From Escherichia coli (GTDB lineage: Bacteria; Pseudomonadota; Gammaproteobacteria; Enterobacterales; Enterobacteriaceae): a stretch of 64,000 bases of DNA. This document shows positions 1-11,526 of this stretch, piece by piece. Position 1 is the first letter of the stretch. Each line of letters opens with the position of its first letter. The position numbers and the translations under genes were made by a program. The notes below the pieces were generated by a model. The model saw only the letters and a list, made by a program, of their open reading frames with translations, had not been told where the DNA came from and made no database searches. Location: the NCBI RefSeq assembly GCF_001677475.2, contig NZ_CP015229.1. One strand, written 5' to 3'.

Positions 1-3000
1 GTTCGTATAGGTACCGACAAAATCAATGCTATAGCCTGACTCTGTAGTCTGAACGCCGTATGAGTCAGTGATTTTGATCATGCCGCGCTGCTGGAAACGG
101 TAGAAATCGTCACAGGAAATGATGTCGTTAATCCCGGCGATGGAGACGCCACCACTGATTTTCTGCATAACAGCATCTTCATCGGGAGTTACATCCACCT
201 GTTTATCCAGCGTCTTCACATCCCAGTTACCCGATTTGGTGCCTTTGAAGGTAAAGATAATCTCCACGTCTGCGCGCTGGCTGTCGAAGTCCAGCGACTT
301 AATGCGAACGATATCACCGGCACAATCGTAGTATTGGCCTACACGCCATGAGCGATCGCCGATAACAAGGAACTCATTCGCATGGTTAACCAGATCAGGA
401 TCAACATCCAGAATGCCTTTATTTATTGCATCCTCCACCAGCGGGCGCAGGCGTTTGATATCCGTCGCGGCCTTCTGAGTACGGTTCAATAATTTCTCAT
501 AGCGGGAAATGGCTTGAGAGATATTAGCCTTGCGCTGAATGGCGCTTTTCAACGACGCGCGATACTGTGCTAACAACATACGGTCTGTGTGATGGACACT
601 CCCCCAGCGGGCCTTCCAGTCTGCGTTATCAGCTGCTTTGGCCATTACCGCCTGTTTGAATTTAGCTACCTCGTCGGTGCTCTTTTCAAATTCCGCTTTG
701 CTTCGCTCTAATTCAGCGGTAAGTACCTCCACATCCTCGCCAGCTGCGTGCTGCGCCTTGATGTAGTTCTGAAGGTCGATAGTAGCCTGTTCTTTCTGGC
801 GAGCGCGTTGCGCGGCTTTCGCCTTATCCATTTGAACCTGCATCATTGCCAGACGTTCGCCATCATCCTTAGCGGTATACATCTGCATTTCGATCATATC
901 GTTGGCGTCGGCGTTCTCCATTTCTGACTTATCTGAACGGAGGATATCGGAGATCCAGCCTGCTTTACGCTTCAGCGTCTTAAGTCGGTATTCATCGAAA
1001 GAACCCTTGCCGCAGTAGTAATGAACGCGAACGCTTGCACGGTTGGAGCCAACTCGGGCACCGCGACCGTTACGCTGTGCGATACTGGCTGGTGTCCATG
1101 GCAACGTCAGATGATGGATGTCAGTCGTTCCTCGATGCAGGTTGATACCCACCTCTGCCTTTTTGTTGCAGATGATGATCGGAGTCCAGCCCTCCTGGAA
1201 GTCGGCTGCAATCTTTTCCAGACCGCCCAACGACATTTCATTTTGCTGCGCGATATAGGCGTCATACAGAGCCATTTGCTCGTTGTATTTCGCTATCTGT
1301 GCATCTGTTGGTTCATCCGGTAGCTCTTTCGGCGGTTTAACAGCTTTCAGTTTCTGACCGGTTTTGCCTGCCTCGGCAACCGTCTGAGCATTCAGGATCC
1401 CCACCTTTGAAGGTTCAAGGTTAAGAGCATTGCAGATAATGCGTTTGAGCTTCTGGTGTTGCGTTTTTTCATCGGTGAAGATGATTTGCTTACCTTCCGG
1501 GAAAAACTCCTTCAGCGTGGCGATCAGCTTCGCGTATTTGGGCGTAACGGGGTGAGTTACGGTCTGTTCGTCAATGCCAAACTTGGCCAGGCGCTTATTC
1601 ACTTCCTGCTCAAACGCTTCCGGAACCTGCAACTGAATAAACTCGCCCTTATCTATCAGGGAGTATTGCGATTGCTGCGTGATTGAATCATCACTGTCGT
1701 CGTCTTCGCTGGTGGCTTGTTTAGGCAAACTGTCCGCCAGCTGCTGCACCGCATCGGCGTACTCCGGCAGGAAACGATAGGTGATCCGGCGATAGTACAG
1801 GTCCATGTCAGTACATACGCGGTCCATATCCCTGATTATTGAGAAGATCGGACGGGCTTTCTCGTGCTCAATCACGCCGTCTTCATTAACCGAGGTCGTT
1901 ACGCCATTGTTGGCTTTTGCTGCCGCTTCCGCCTGCTGACGCAATTCTTCATACGCCGCCAGTTGTTCTTCAGTAAGTGGTGCATCCTGCTGGTGTTCGT
2001 CCAGCTCCGGGATCTCCACGGTATCCTTAACGTCTTCCGCCGTTTTAAGCGTTACCCAGCGATGGAATATACCGCGCAGCGCATCAAGGTTTTCAAAGCC
2101 CACCAGCGCCATTTTTTCTTCAACTTCACCGCTGATTTTCTGTACCGTTTCCAGCCTGGTCTTGCCGAAGAATTTAACGAAGTCATCAGGACCGTAGATC
2201 CCCATCTTCTGCCAGTATTCCTTCGGCAGAACATGAGAAAGCATGTTGTATGCATCGATCGGGGTGTTAACGACTGGCGTTGCAGTCAGGAGAACCGGTC
2301 CGCGCCCGCCATTCTTTTTCATCAGGTACGCGTTTTTAATTGCCATATCCCGCGCCGATTGCGCCACCGCACTGGTGGGCAGATAGGCCAGTTGTGACGC
2401 TTCGCGACCATTTTTATAGCTATTGCGGTAGTTGTGGCCTTCGTCGGCGATCACGCTGTCGAAGCCCATATCCTCAAAGTACGGATACTTCTCTGCTTTT
2501 TCGGTACCGGTATCTGAATACTCCGACAATACCCGGCGACGCGCCGCCTCTTTGCGATGGGAATCGGAATCCATTGCGCTGGCCACACGTCCGGCAGCAA
2601 CGAAGTCATAAAGCATGTCTTGTGCATGCTCATCTACGGTGTCATCACGTAGCGGAATGCGGGCGTATTGTTCTTTGGTAAACACGACTGCACGGTAATT
2701 TGAGTGCGGGATCGCATTCATCCGCGCCGTGATAGTGGCTTCATCTGCCAGCTTAAGAGCATCGCGCATAACTGGAGTGCCATCAGCACCAAGAACAGGT
2801 TTACCGTTCTCATCGAGCACCGGCACCTGGCGAATCTGATCGCCATCCATCAGCACATCAAGACCGACGAACAGGTAGTTACTGAATGCCTCTTCACTCA
2901 GGAATTCTTTTGCTTCGTAATACCAGTTTTCCAGCACTGATTTAGGCACTACATACGCAGTACGGGTGGAGCGACCGTTCTCATAGTTGAACGCCTCAAG

Positions 3001-5598
3001 TGCCAGCGCGGTCGTGGTTTTACCCAGCCCGGTGCCGAAGCCCAGGATGCCGCGCCCATCTTCGGACAGTCGGCGCACCTCGCTATTCTGGTAATCAAAT
3101 GGCTGACGCTTACCGCTTAATCCCTTCAACCCAAGCGGATCGCCAGAGTGTTCATACGGGATATTGCTATTGAACACATCGTTGTATTTGGCAACCAGCT
3201 CATCGTAGCGATCGTGCGTCTTGATCCACTTATTGAACTGGTCCTCAAGCAGTGCCATCTGCTCGCGGTAGCCGTTCGCCGTCGCGCTATCTTTGCCACC
3301 GATACGCGCACCATTGAGATACTTTTCCAGCTGTGCCGGGAACCCGGTCGCGTTTTCACCTGATTTACGGTCCCACTCGTAGCGGATCTCGCCTGTTTCT
3401 TTATCCTTGCGCTGGACGACACCGTATCGGTGCCCGACGAACAGACCATCACCACCGTGATAGGTGTCAGAAACCATTTCGTCGCCTTCCAGCTGCACTG
3501 ACTGCACATAGCGCAGATCCGGATAGCCGTTTTTCTGCAAAAACTCCAGAATGACGGAGCGGTCGAACCAACGGCTATTGAGCTTAAAGCGGATATTCTC
3601 TGCTGGCGTCTTGATGCGCTTCTCTTCGATCGCTGCCAGCTGATTAAGGACGTTGTTCTTTACTGGACCGTCGGGGAGTGTGGCAAGGAATTCCTGTTTT
3701 GGAGCCACTATCTCGTTAATGTCGCCGCTGGTGGCGCGGGCGAACGGAACAATCCCGCCATACGGTGAAACCGCAATACCAGGGGTGCTGGCCAATAAAT
3801 TAAGCAACTCTTCATCACTGGCTGGCAGTTCGCCGGTAAACGCAAGGCGGAAATCATCGAGCTGGATTGGATCGCGGGTAAGATCGCTATAGAGATAACG
3901 CAGGGTGTCCTGATAGCTGGTGGAGTCATAACTGGCGCTGGAATCATGCGTAACCAGCTTTCCTGTCAGCTCGTCAGAAATAGTGCCATCCAGCTTAATT
4001 GCCCCACGGAAAGCAAACCAGGCGCGCGCACCGCTTCCCGATAATTTAGCTATCGGACCGCGACCGGGGTTACCAAAACGGTCAATCTCTGCCTGCAAAC
4101 GGGATACCAGAGAAAGGCGCTTCTGTTCGATTTGTTCAGCACTATGCCCGGCGGCCTTCATATCCTGATATTCAATTAACATCCGGCCAATCATCGCCCC
4201 GCGATACAAGCGTTCACGGTATTTTTCAGGCTGGCTGTTAATCCAGTCCACCAGCTGCACCATATCGTCGCTGATTGATGTGGTGTACTTATCGCGGACA
4301 TTTGCCATCTGGGTAAATGTCATACCGAGACGGCCTTCTGTTGTAGTCAGGTTACGCTGAAGAGCCTCCCAGCTATCCGCGCCATAACTGGCAGCATCAA
4401 TCTTAAGCTCCTTACCAGCATCAGCTTCAATCCAGCGACCACCAGCATATTTTTGCCATACGCCATTAATCAGGCGCATTTCCCCTTCATCAACAACATC
4501 TGCGGTCGGTGACGGTTCAGCCATATCGAGCAAAGACCAGTCGATACGACTTTCGAAACGATGAATCAGCTTCGCTTTAAGAGCCTGGTTATCAATCTGC
4601 CCGTCGGCACGAACCTCAATACGCCCCTGGAAGCCCTTTTCCTGGGTACCATGAACAAACCGGCGGCCATCCTTTTCAAACCACTTGCCAGAAATAAACG
4701 TTGGCCAAAGCACATTTGCCGATTCAAGAGTGCTTTCATCCACCAGGGGGATTTTCTCAGCCATCTCTGCCGGATGTTTGCGCATCAGCACCACATCAAC
4801 GACTGTACTGGTCCCGTTTGCGTCAAAAGTACCGGTAGGCAAGCGGTGGGCACCAAGAAATTCAGCTTTCCGTGATAGGCGCAGGCGTAACCGCTTCATG
4901 TTTGAACCTGAAACAATGGACGGCGGCACAATCACGCACATGAATCCGCCTGGCTTTATCTTGTCCAGCATGCGGAGCATGAAGTAAGAACCCATGTCCG
5001 TTTCTTCTGCGTAAGGCTTATCGATGTTGCGTGTGTTATCACGACCGCCGAACGGAACGTTACCCACAACATGGTCGAATGAATCGTTAGGTGTGCTTAT
5101 AGCCAGCTGTTCGAACGGGGAAATCTGTACGCTGTCTTCCGGGTGTAACAACTGGTTTATACGACCGGAAACACTGCTGATCTCAGTCGCGGTCATCACC
5201 GTACCAACCGGTTTTGTCTCATTAAAAACGCCAGTTCCCGCCGATGGTTCCAGAGTGTTACCTACGTCCGCGCCGTAGAGCTTCATGATCTCCCAGACAC
5301 CTTCAGCGATCGGCTTTGGTGTGTAATATTCGGAGACGGACCCGCCAATGCCGCCTTCACCGGTGTACCCAGCCAGGATCTGGCGCTGTTCATCTGTCAG
5401 TGTCGCGCCGTCCACCAGCGAATTAAGCAAATCTATCGCCTTCTGATTCGCCTCCCGGCGCAGTCGGTCATAGCTTTTGCCTTCCACCTTTTCCACGCCG
5501 TATTTAATCGGCGCTCGGTGAGATGTTATTGCCCTAATGTATTTCAATATTTCGCTGACACTTGAACAGCGAAACACCCCCATAGATAGCTTGTTCAT
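1..5598 (-). CDS. darB: DarB-like antirestriction protein, N-terminal methyltransferase plus helicase domains; partial, C-terminus lies beyond window start
   Basis: Reverse-strand frame opens at ATG 5598 behind an AAGGA RBS and stays open to position 1; it is absent from the ORF track because it has no stop in the window. Translation shows an amino-methyltransferase-like motif (GNVPFG), Walker A (GFGTGLGKTT) and DEGH helicase motif. Position next to portal/protease/lyz/ssb matches P1 order. Confidence 0.75.
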   Translation of the reverse strand, partial: MNKLSMGVFRCSSVSEILKYIRAITSHRAPIKYGVEKVEGKSYDRLRREANQKAIDLLNSLVDGATLTDEQRQILAGYTGEGGIGGSVSEYYTPKPIAEGVWEIMKLYGADVGNTLEPSAGTGVFNETKPVGTVMTATEISSVSGRINQLLHPEDSVQISPFEQLAISTPNDSFDHVVGNVPFGGRDNTRNIDKPYAEETDMGSYFMLRMLDKIKPGGFMCVIVPPSIVSGSNMKRLRLRLSRKAEFLGAHRLPTGTFDANGTSTVVDVVLMRKHPAEMAEKIPLVDESTLESANVLWPTFISGKWFEKDGRRFVHGTQEKGFQGRIEVRADGQIDNQALKAKLIHRFESRIDWSLLDMAEPSPTADVVDEGEMRLINGVWQKYAGGRWIEADAGKELKIDAASYGADSWEALQRNLTTTEGRLGMTFTQMANVRDKYTTSISDDMVQLVDWINSQPEKYRERLYRGAMIGRMLIEYQDMKAAGHSAEQIEQKRLSLVSRLQAEIDRFGNPGRGPIAKLSGSGARAWFAFRGAIKLDGTISDELTGKLVTHDSSASYDSTSYQDTLRYLYSDLTRDPIQLDDFRLAFTGELPASDEELLNLLASTPGIAVSPYGGIVPFARATSGDINEIVAPKQEFLATLPDGPVKNNVLNQLAAIEEKRIKTPAENIRFKLNSRWFDRSVILEFLQKNGYPDLRYVQSVQLEGDEMVSDTYHGGDGLFVGHRYGVVQRKDKETGEIRYEWDRKSGENATGFPAQLEKYLNGARIGGKDSATANGYREQMALLEDQFNKWIKTHDRYDELVAKYNDVFNSNIPYEHSGDPLGLKGLSGKRQPFDYQNSEVRRLSEDGRGILGFGTGLGKTTTALALEAFNYENGRSTRTAYVVPKSVLENWYYEAKEFLSEEAFSNYLFVGLDVLMDGDQIRQVPVLDENGKPVLGADGTPVMRDALKLADEATITARMNAIPHSNYRAVVFTKEQYARIPLRDDTVDEHAQDMLYDFVAAGRVASAMDSDSHRKEAARRRVLSEYSDTGTEKAEKYPYFEDMGFDSVIADEGHNYRNSYKNGREASQLAYLPTSAVAQSARDMAIKNAYLMKKNGGRGPVLLTATPVVNTPIDAYNMLSHVLPKEYWQKMGIYGPDDFVKFFGKTRLETVQKISGEVEEKMALVGFENLDALRGIFHRWVTLKTAEDVKDTVEIPELDEHQQDAPLTEEQLAAYEELRQQAEAAAKANNGVTTSVNEDGVIEHEKARPIFSIIRDMDRVCTDMDLYYRRITYRFLPEYADAVQQLADSLPKQATSEDDDSDDSITQQSQYSLIDKGEFIQLQVPEAFEQEVNKRLAKFGIDEQTVTHPVTPKYAKLIATLKEFFPEGKQIIFTDEKTQHQKLKRIICNALNLEPSKVGILNAQTVAEAGKTGQKLKAVKPPKELPDEPTDAQIAKYNEQMALYDAYIAQQNEMSLGGLEKIAADFQEGWTPIIICNKKAEVGINLHRGTTDIHHLTLPWTPASIAQRNGRGARVGSNRASVRVHYYCGKGSFDEYRLKTLKRKAGWISDILRSDKSEMENADANDMIEMQMYTAKDDGERLAMMQVQMDKAKAAQRARQKEQATIDLQNYIKAQHAAGEDVEVLTAELERSKAEFEKSTDEVAKFKQAVMAKAADNADWKARWGSVHHTDRMLLAQYRASLKSAIQRKANISQAISRYEKLLNRTQKAATDIKRLRPLVEDAINKGILDVDPDLVNHANEFLVIGDRSWRVGQYYDCAGDIVRIKSLDFDSQRADVEIIFTFKGTKSGNWDVKTLDKQVDVTPDEDAVMQKISGGVSIAGINDIISCDDFYRFQQRGMIKITDSYGVQTTESGYSIDFVGTYTN

Positions 5599-5664
5599 TG
5601 GTAATCCTTAACAAGTGACTAGTGTTAAATTCCGTTAAAACACGATGCGAATTATTCTAATTAA

Positions 5665-8395
<2,731 letters not shown>

Positions 8396-8424
8396 CCACC
8401 AAAAATAACCCCGGCGGCTGCCGG
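8396..8424. terminator. bidirectional intrinsic terminator between convergent pro-like and lysis genes
   Basis: GC-rich hairpin CCCCGGC-GGCT-GCCGGGG flanked by A/T runs on both strands. Confidence 0.6.
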
Positions 8425-8439
8425 GGTTCTCGTTAACTA

Positions 8440-8694
8440 TTATCTCCTTCGCCTGCGTGCCATATATTTGCGCACCGCGCGGCGTGGACAATCTGAAGCA
8501 GTTTCTTTCTGCTGCATCAATCTCGCAGCCATGCTCAAAAATGTCAGGCACAGCCGAAGCCCGGCATACAATAGCGGTTCCAGTGGCCACGTCTCATTGA
8601 GCACATATACCGCCATGAAAATCGAGTCAAAAACTATCGCCGCCAGCGATAACTTCATTGTCGAAAGTCGGCGGAGCTGCCGGAGTTTATTCAT
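8440..8694 (-). CDS. hypothetical small membrane protein with Arg-rich C-terminal tail, downstream of lyz
   Basis: Track ORF with hydrophobic stretches; ends just before the terminator; could be spurious. Confidence 0.3.
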   Translation of the reverse strand: MNKLRQLRRLSTMKLSLAAIVFDSIFMAVYVLNETWPLEPLLYAGLRLCLTFLSMAARLMQQKETASDCPRRAVRKYMARRRRR

Positions 8695-9244
8695 TGACCA
8701 GTCCCGTCAGGCAAAGCTGGCGTTCTTTTTCACGGCGAATCTTTAAACCTCGCAGGGGCACGCCGTTACTGTTCACGAAATCAGGGAGATGGTTACACAT
8801 ATTCACCCATTCCCCTTTCTGCGCCCACTTGTGGATGGACGTTTCAACTCGCATGCCTCGCGCTTTGCTGTAGTAGGTCCGTAAGCTATTGCATCCCATA
8901 TTGAATGCCGCGCTTGTCATTGCACTGAAGGCATTATCGGGCATGTCTTTGCCCCGGAAGTGCTGATTAATACAGCGTTCAGCGATCAGGATATTCTTTT
9001 CCCAATCAGCGGCGATTTGCTGGTCTGTTTTTCGCACACCCGGCGTTACCCCGTGTGTATTACCGATCCCGTCAGTCCATACCCCCGCCGGGCACATGTA
9101 TGGATCACGTCGGCAACCTTCAGCGTTTCCGATAAGCTCAAGCCCCGCCTGGTTGGTTCGCACATTGCCATTACCCATCACGATGGTAATCATCACCGCG
9201 ATAGCGCAAATTGCACCGCCTCCTGCGGCTGTTTTTCCCTTCAT
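8687..9244 (-). CDS. lyz: SAR endolysin (T4-lysozyme-like muramidase with N-terminal signal-anchor-release segment), 185 aa
   Basis: Track ORF trimmed to internal ATG behind a GAGG RBS; N-terminal Gly/Ala-rich hydrophobic SAR segment (AAGGGAICAIAVMITIVMG) followed by catalytic Glu/Asp/Thr motifs (GNAEGC, RRDPY, WTDGIGNT); length equals P1 Lyz. Confidence 0.85.
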   Translation of the reverse strand: MKGKTAAGGGAICAIAVMITIVMGNGNVRTNQAGLELIGNAEGCRRDPYMCPAGVWTDGIGNTHGVTPGVRKTDQQIAADWEKNILIAERCINQHFRGKDMPDNAFSAMTSAAFNMGCNSLRTYYSKARGMRVETSIHKWAQKGEWVNMCNHLPDFVNSNGVPLRGLKIRREKERQLCLTGLVNE

Positions 9245-9377
9245 AAAGACCTCATAAGCGAATTTTTTACGCTCCAGGACAAACACCCATTCACAGCCAA
9301 TACCGACTGACTCGATCCCTTTAGAAGGTACAGGATAATGCAAATCACTTGTTAGCTACGTTTCAAAGATATACATT

Positions 9378-9394
9378 ATTGCTCTAATTAATTT
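9378..9394 (+). promoter_or_regulatory. P1 C1-repressor operator-like site upstream of ssb
   Basis: ATTGCTCTAATTAATTT matches the recalled C1 operator consensus ATTGCTCTAATAAATTT at 16 of 17 positions. Confidence 0.5.
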
Positions 9395-9413
9395 ATTTTA
9401 TTAGGTAAGATAA

Positions 9414-10046
9414 GTGGCACAACGCGGTGTAAACAAAGTCATCCTGATTGGTACCCTGGGGCAAGACCCGGAGATCAGGTATATACCAAATGGCGGCGCG
9501 GTCGGAAGACTCAGCATCGCAACGAATGAATCATGGCGCGACAAGCAAACGGACCAACAGAAAGAGCAAACAGAATGGCATAAAGTCGTTTTGTTCGGAA
9601 AACTTGCTGAAATTGCGAGTGAGTATTTACGAAAAGGTTCTCAGGTCTACATCGAAGGGAAACTTAAAACCCGTAAGTGGACAGATGACGCCGGTGTAGA
9701 ACGTTACACGACGGAAATTATCGTCAGCCAGGGCGGCACCATGCAAATGATCGGCGCTCGCCGTGACGATTCACAGTCCTCAAATGGCTGGGGGCAATCA
9801 AACCAACCTCAAAACCACCAGCAATACAGTGGTGGCGGTAAACCTCAGAGCAACGCCAATAACGAACCTCCAATGGACTTTGACGACGATATTCAAAAAC
9901 GACTGAAAGAAAAGCGGTGGTCCAGACGCCGACAAAAGCACGAACTCGCTAAAAAACGCCAAAGCTGGCAATGGCACGCGCTTTTCACGAAAAGAACACC
10001 CCGAGGCATTGCTTTCGCTGGTGGGAAAACATTCCTCCCCACCTGA
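9414..10046 (+). CDS. ssb: single-stranded DNA-binding protein with non-canonical C-terminus (basic 50-aa extension after DFDDDI instead of terminal PF)
   Basis: Track ORF; OB-fold region closely resembles E. coli/P1 SSB (VNKVILIG...TEWH...MDFDDDI); reading continues [14 protein letters not shown]... to a stop at 10046. Confidence 0.85.
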   Translation: MAQRGVNKVILIGTLGQDPEIRYIPNGGAVGRLSIATNESWRDKQTDQQKEQTEWHKVVLFGKLAEIASEYLRKGSQVYIEGKLKTRKWTDDAGVERYTTEIIVSQGGTMQMIGARRDDSQSSNGWGQSNQPQNHQQYSGGGKPQSNANNEPPMDFDDDIQKRLKEKRWSRRRQKHELAKKRQSWQWHALFTKRTPRGIAFAGGKTFLPT

Positions 10047-10083
10047 AGGCGCAATACATCAAATTTTAAGCAGAGAAAAGACT

Positions 10084-10737
10084 ATGAATAAAATGGCAAC
10101 GAAAGAGCTTTTTAAGTTCCTTCCCAAATACAAAGCTCACAAAATCGTTAGTGCATCGAAAATCAAAGATATCGAGATTATCTCATTGATTGATAATACC
10201 CCTGCTTGTGGCTATATCACATTAATGGACCCCCAAGGCGTAACGGTTCGTGTTGATGCAGCGTTTTTGCAAAAACACCGACCAGATACTGGCGGCTATC
10301 TGCTCGGTTATGAGGACGGTTATCTGTCCTATTCACCAGAAAAAACATTTGAAGAAGGCTTTAGTCGGACTAACGACTTCTTCGAAAATGAGGTATCGCT
10401 TAGCATTGAAGGTCACAATGGGGTGACATTCATTACAGCCAGGGACGTAACTATTGCTGCCGGTGGCATCATTACCACACAAGAAGAAATCGACCTTGAA
10501 GCAGCCGACTTCTCTGACGCGCTAATGTGGTTGAAGGAAGGCAAGAAAGTTGCCCGACGCGAGTGGAAAGGCGAAAAGCAATTCTGCTGGTTAGTTCTCG
10601 CTGGAAGCGTCAATTTACACGGCATTCACGTTCCTTATGGTGACCATTTTGTATTGAAAGATGCACAAAATATGGACAGCGTTTGGTTGCCGTCTGTGGA
10701 TGATTTACTGGCATGTGACTGGTTTGTAGTGGAGTGA
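10084..10737 (+). CDS. two-domain protein: unknown N-terminal domain plus C-terminal DUF2829-like (Tad2-family-like) domain
   Basis: Track ORF 10009-10737 trimmed to the ATG in frame; C-terminal motif ALMWLKEGKKVARREWKG ... DWFVVE resembles DUF2829. Confidence 0.55.
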   Translation: MNKMATKELFKFLPKYKAHKIVSASKIKDIEIISLIDNTPACGYITLMDPQGVTVRVDAAFLQKHRPDTGGYLLGYEDGYLSYSPEKTFEEGFSRTNDFFENEVSLSIEGHNGVTFITARDVTIAAGGIITTQEEIDLEAADFSDALMWLKEGKKVARREWKGEKQFCWLVLAGSVNLHGIHVPYGDHFVLKDAQNMDSVWLPSVDDLLACDWFVVE

Positions 10738-10743
10738 TTTAAC

Positions 10744-11526
10744 GTGGAAAATACTAAAGCAATTCAATACCGCCTGCGTAATGGTCAGAGTGTCGAAGTG
10801 ACCATCAATAATGATGGTGTGCCTGGCGAAAAGGTTTCGATCTCTGATCTGGCTATCGAAAAAACCATCATGTGCCACCTTGGCTTTACTGAAGAAGTGA
10901 GCAAAAAGCATGGTGTAGCAATCTGGAGCGCAATGGATACTGGTATGCGCAGATTCATTACTGCTCGTACCCCAGGGATGACCATGATGGACCTCATGCA
11001 GATTGCGCCGCTGTTTGAATGTGAGCCTTTAGATGTATTCAGCAATCCAGCTATCTGCCAGCAGTTATATGGTGAGATGAAACTCGCGGTTACCCCCATT
11101 GTGCTGCATGAAGGATCGCTTGCTGGCGTGTGGAAAGTGGAGCGTATTTCAAGCTACATGCCTTTCCATGTCAACGGCGTAATCACTGGTGAAAATCAAC
11201 CTGTTTCCGTTATAAAGTCAGACCTCAAGCGCGCAATTCTTGAAGCAAGTTGTCGAGTTGTCGGCCTGGGCAAACAGTCTTATGTTTCCTTCCCGGCTGG
11301 CCCTGAAGGCCCGGCAGAAATTCTGATTATGGATGCCGATCTGCTATGGCAAATACAGTTTCTGATTGGCAAAAGCATCATCCGCGCTGAAGAACTCGAT
11401 CAGTACATTACCTGCACGATGACGGATGAAGTCAAAAGTGTGGCTATAGCCAATGCCCGGAACCTATGTCGTGCTGCATTAACAGAACTGCAAGAAAACA
11501 CCACGGAAGAGGTGGAAAGTGATTAA
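10744..11526 (+). CDS. hypothetical protein, 260 aa
   Basis: Track ORF; GTG start behind a GGAG RBS; tightly packed with neighbours. Confidence 0.5.
   Translation: MENTKAIQYRLRNGQSVEVTINNDGVPGEKVSISDLAIEKTIMCHLGFTEEVSKKHGVAIWSAMDTGMRRFITARTPGMTMMDLMQIAPLFECEPLDVFSNPAICQQLYGEMKLAVTPIVLHEGSLAGVWKVERISSYMPFHVNGVITGENQPVSVIKSDLKRAILEASCRVVGLGKQSYVSFPAGPEGPAEILIMDADLLWQIQFLIGKSIIRAEELDQYITCTMTDEVKSVAIANARNLCRAALTELQENTTEEVESD

Noticed and set aside
1021-5278. Plus-strand ORFs of 60-177 aa inside the darB region (for example 1864-2397, 4561-4875)
   Set aside because: They lie antisense to or out of frame with a continuous minus-strand reading frame of more than 1,860 codons and lack convincing RBSs.
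10009-10083. Upstream extension of the DUF2829 gene overlapping the ssb 3' end
   Set aside because: Starts at a non-ATG codon inside ssb; an in-frame ATG follows a purine-rich stretch at 10,084.
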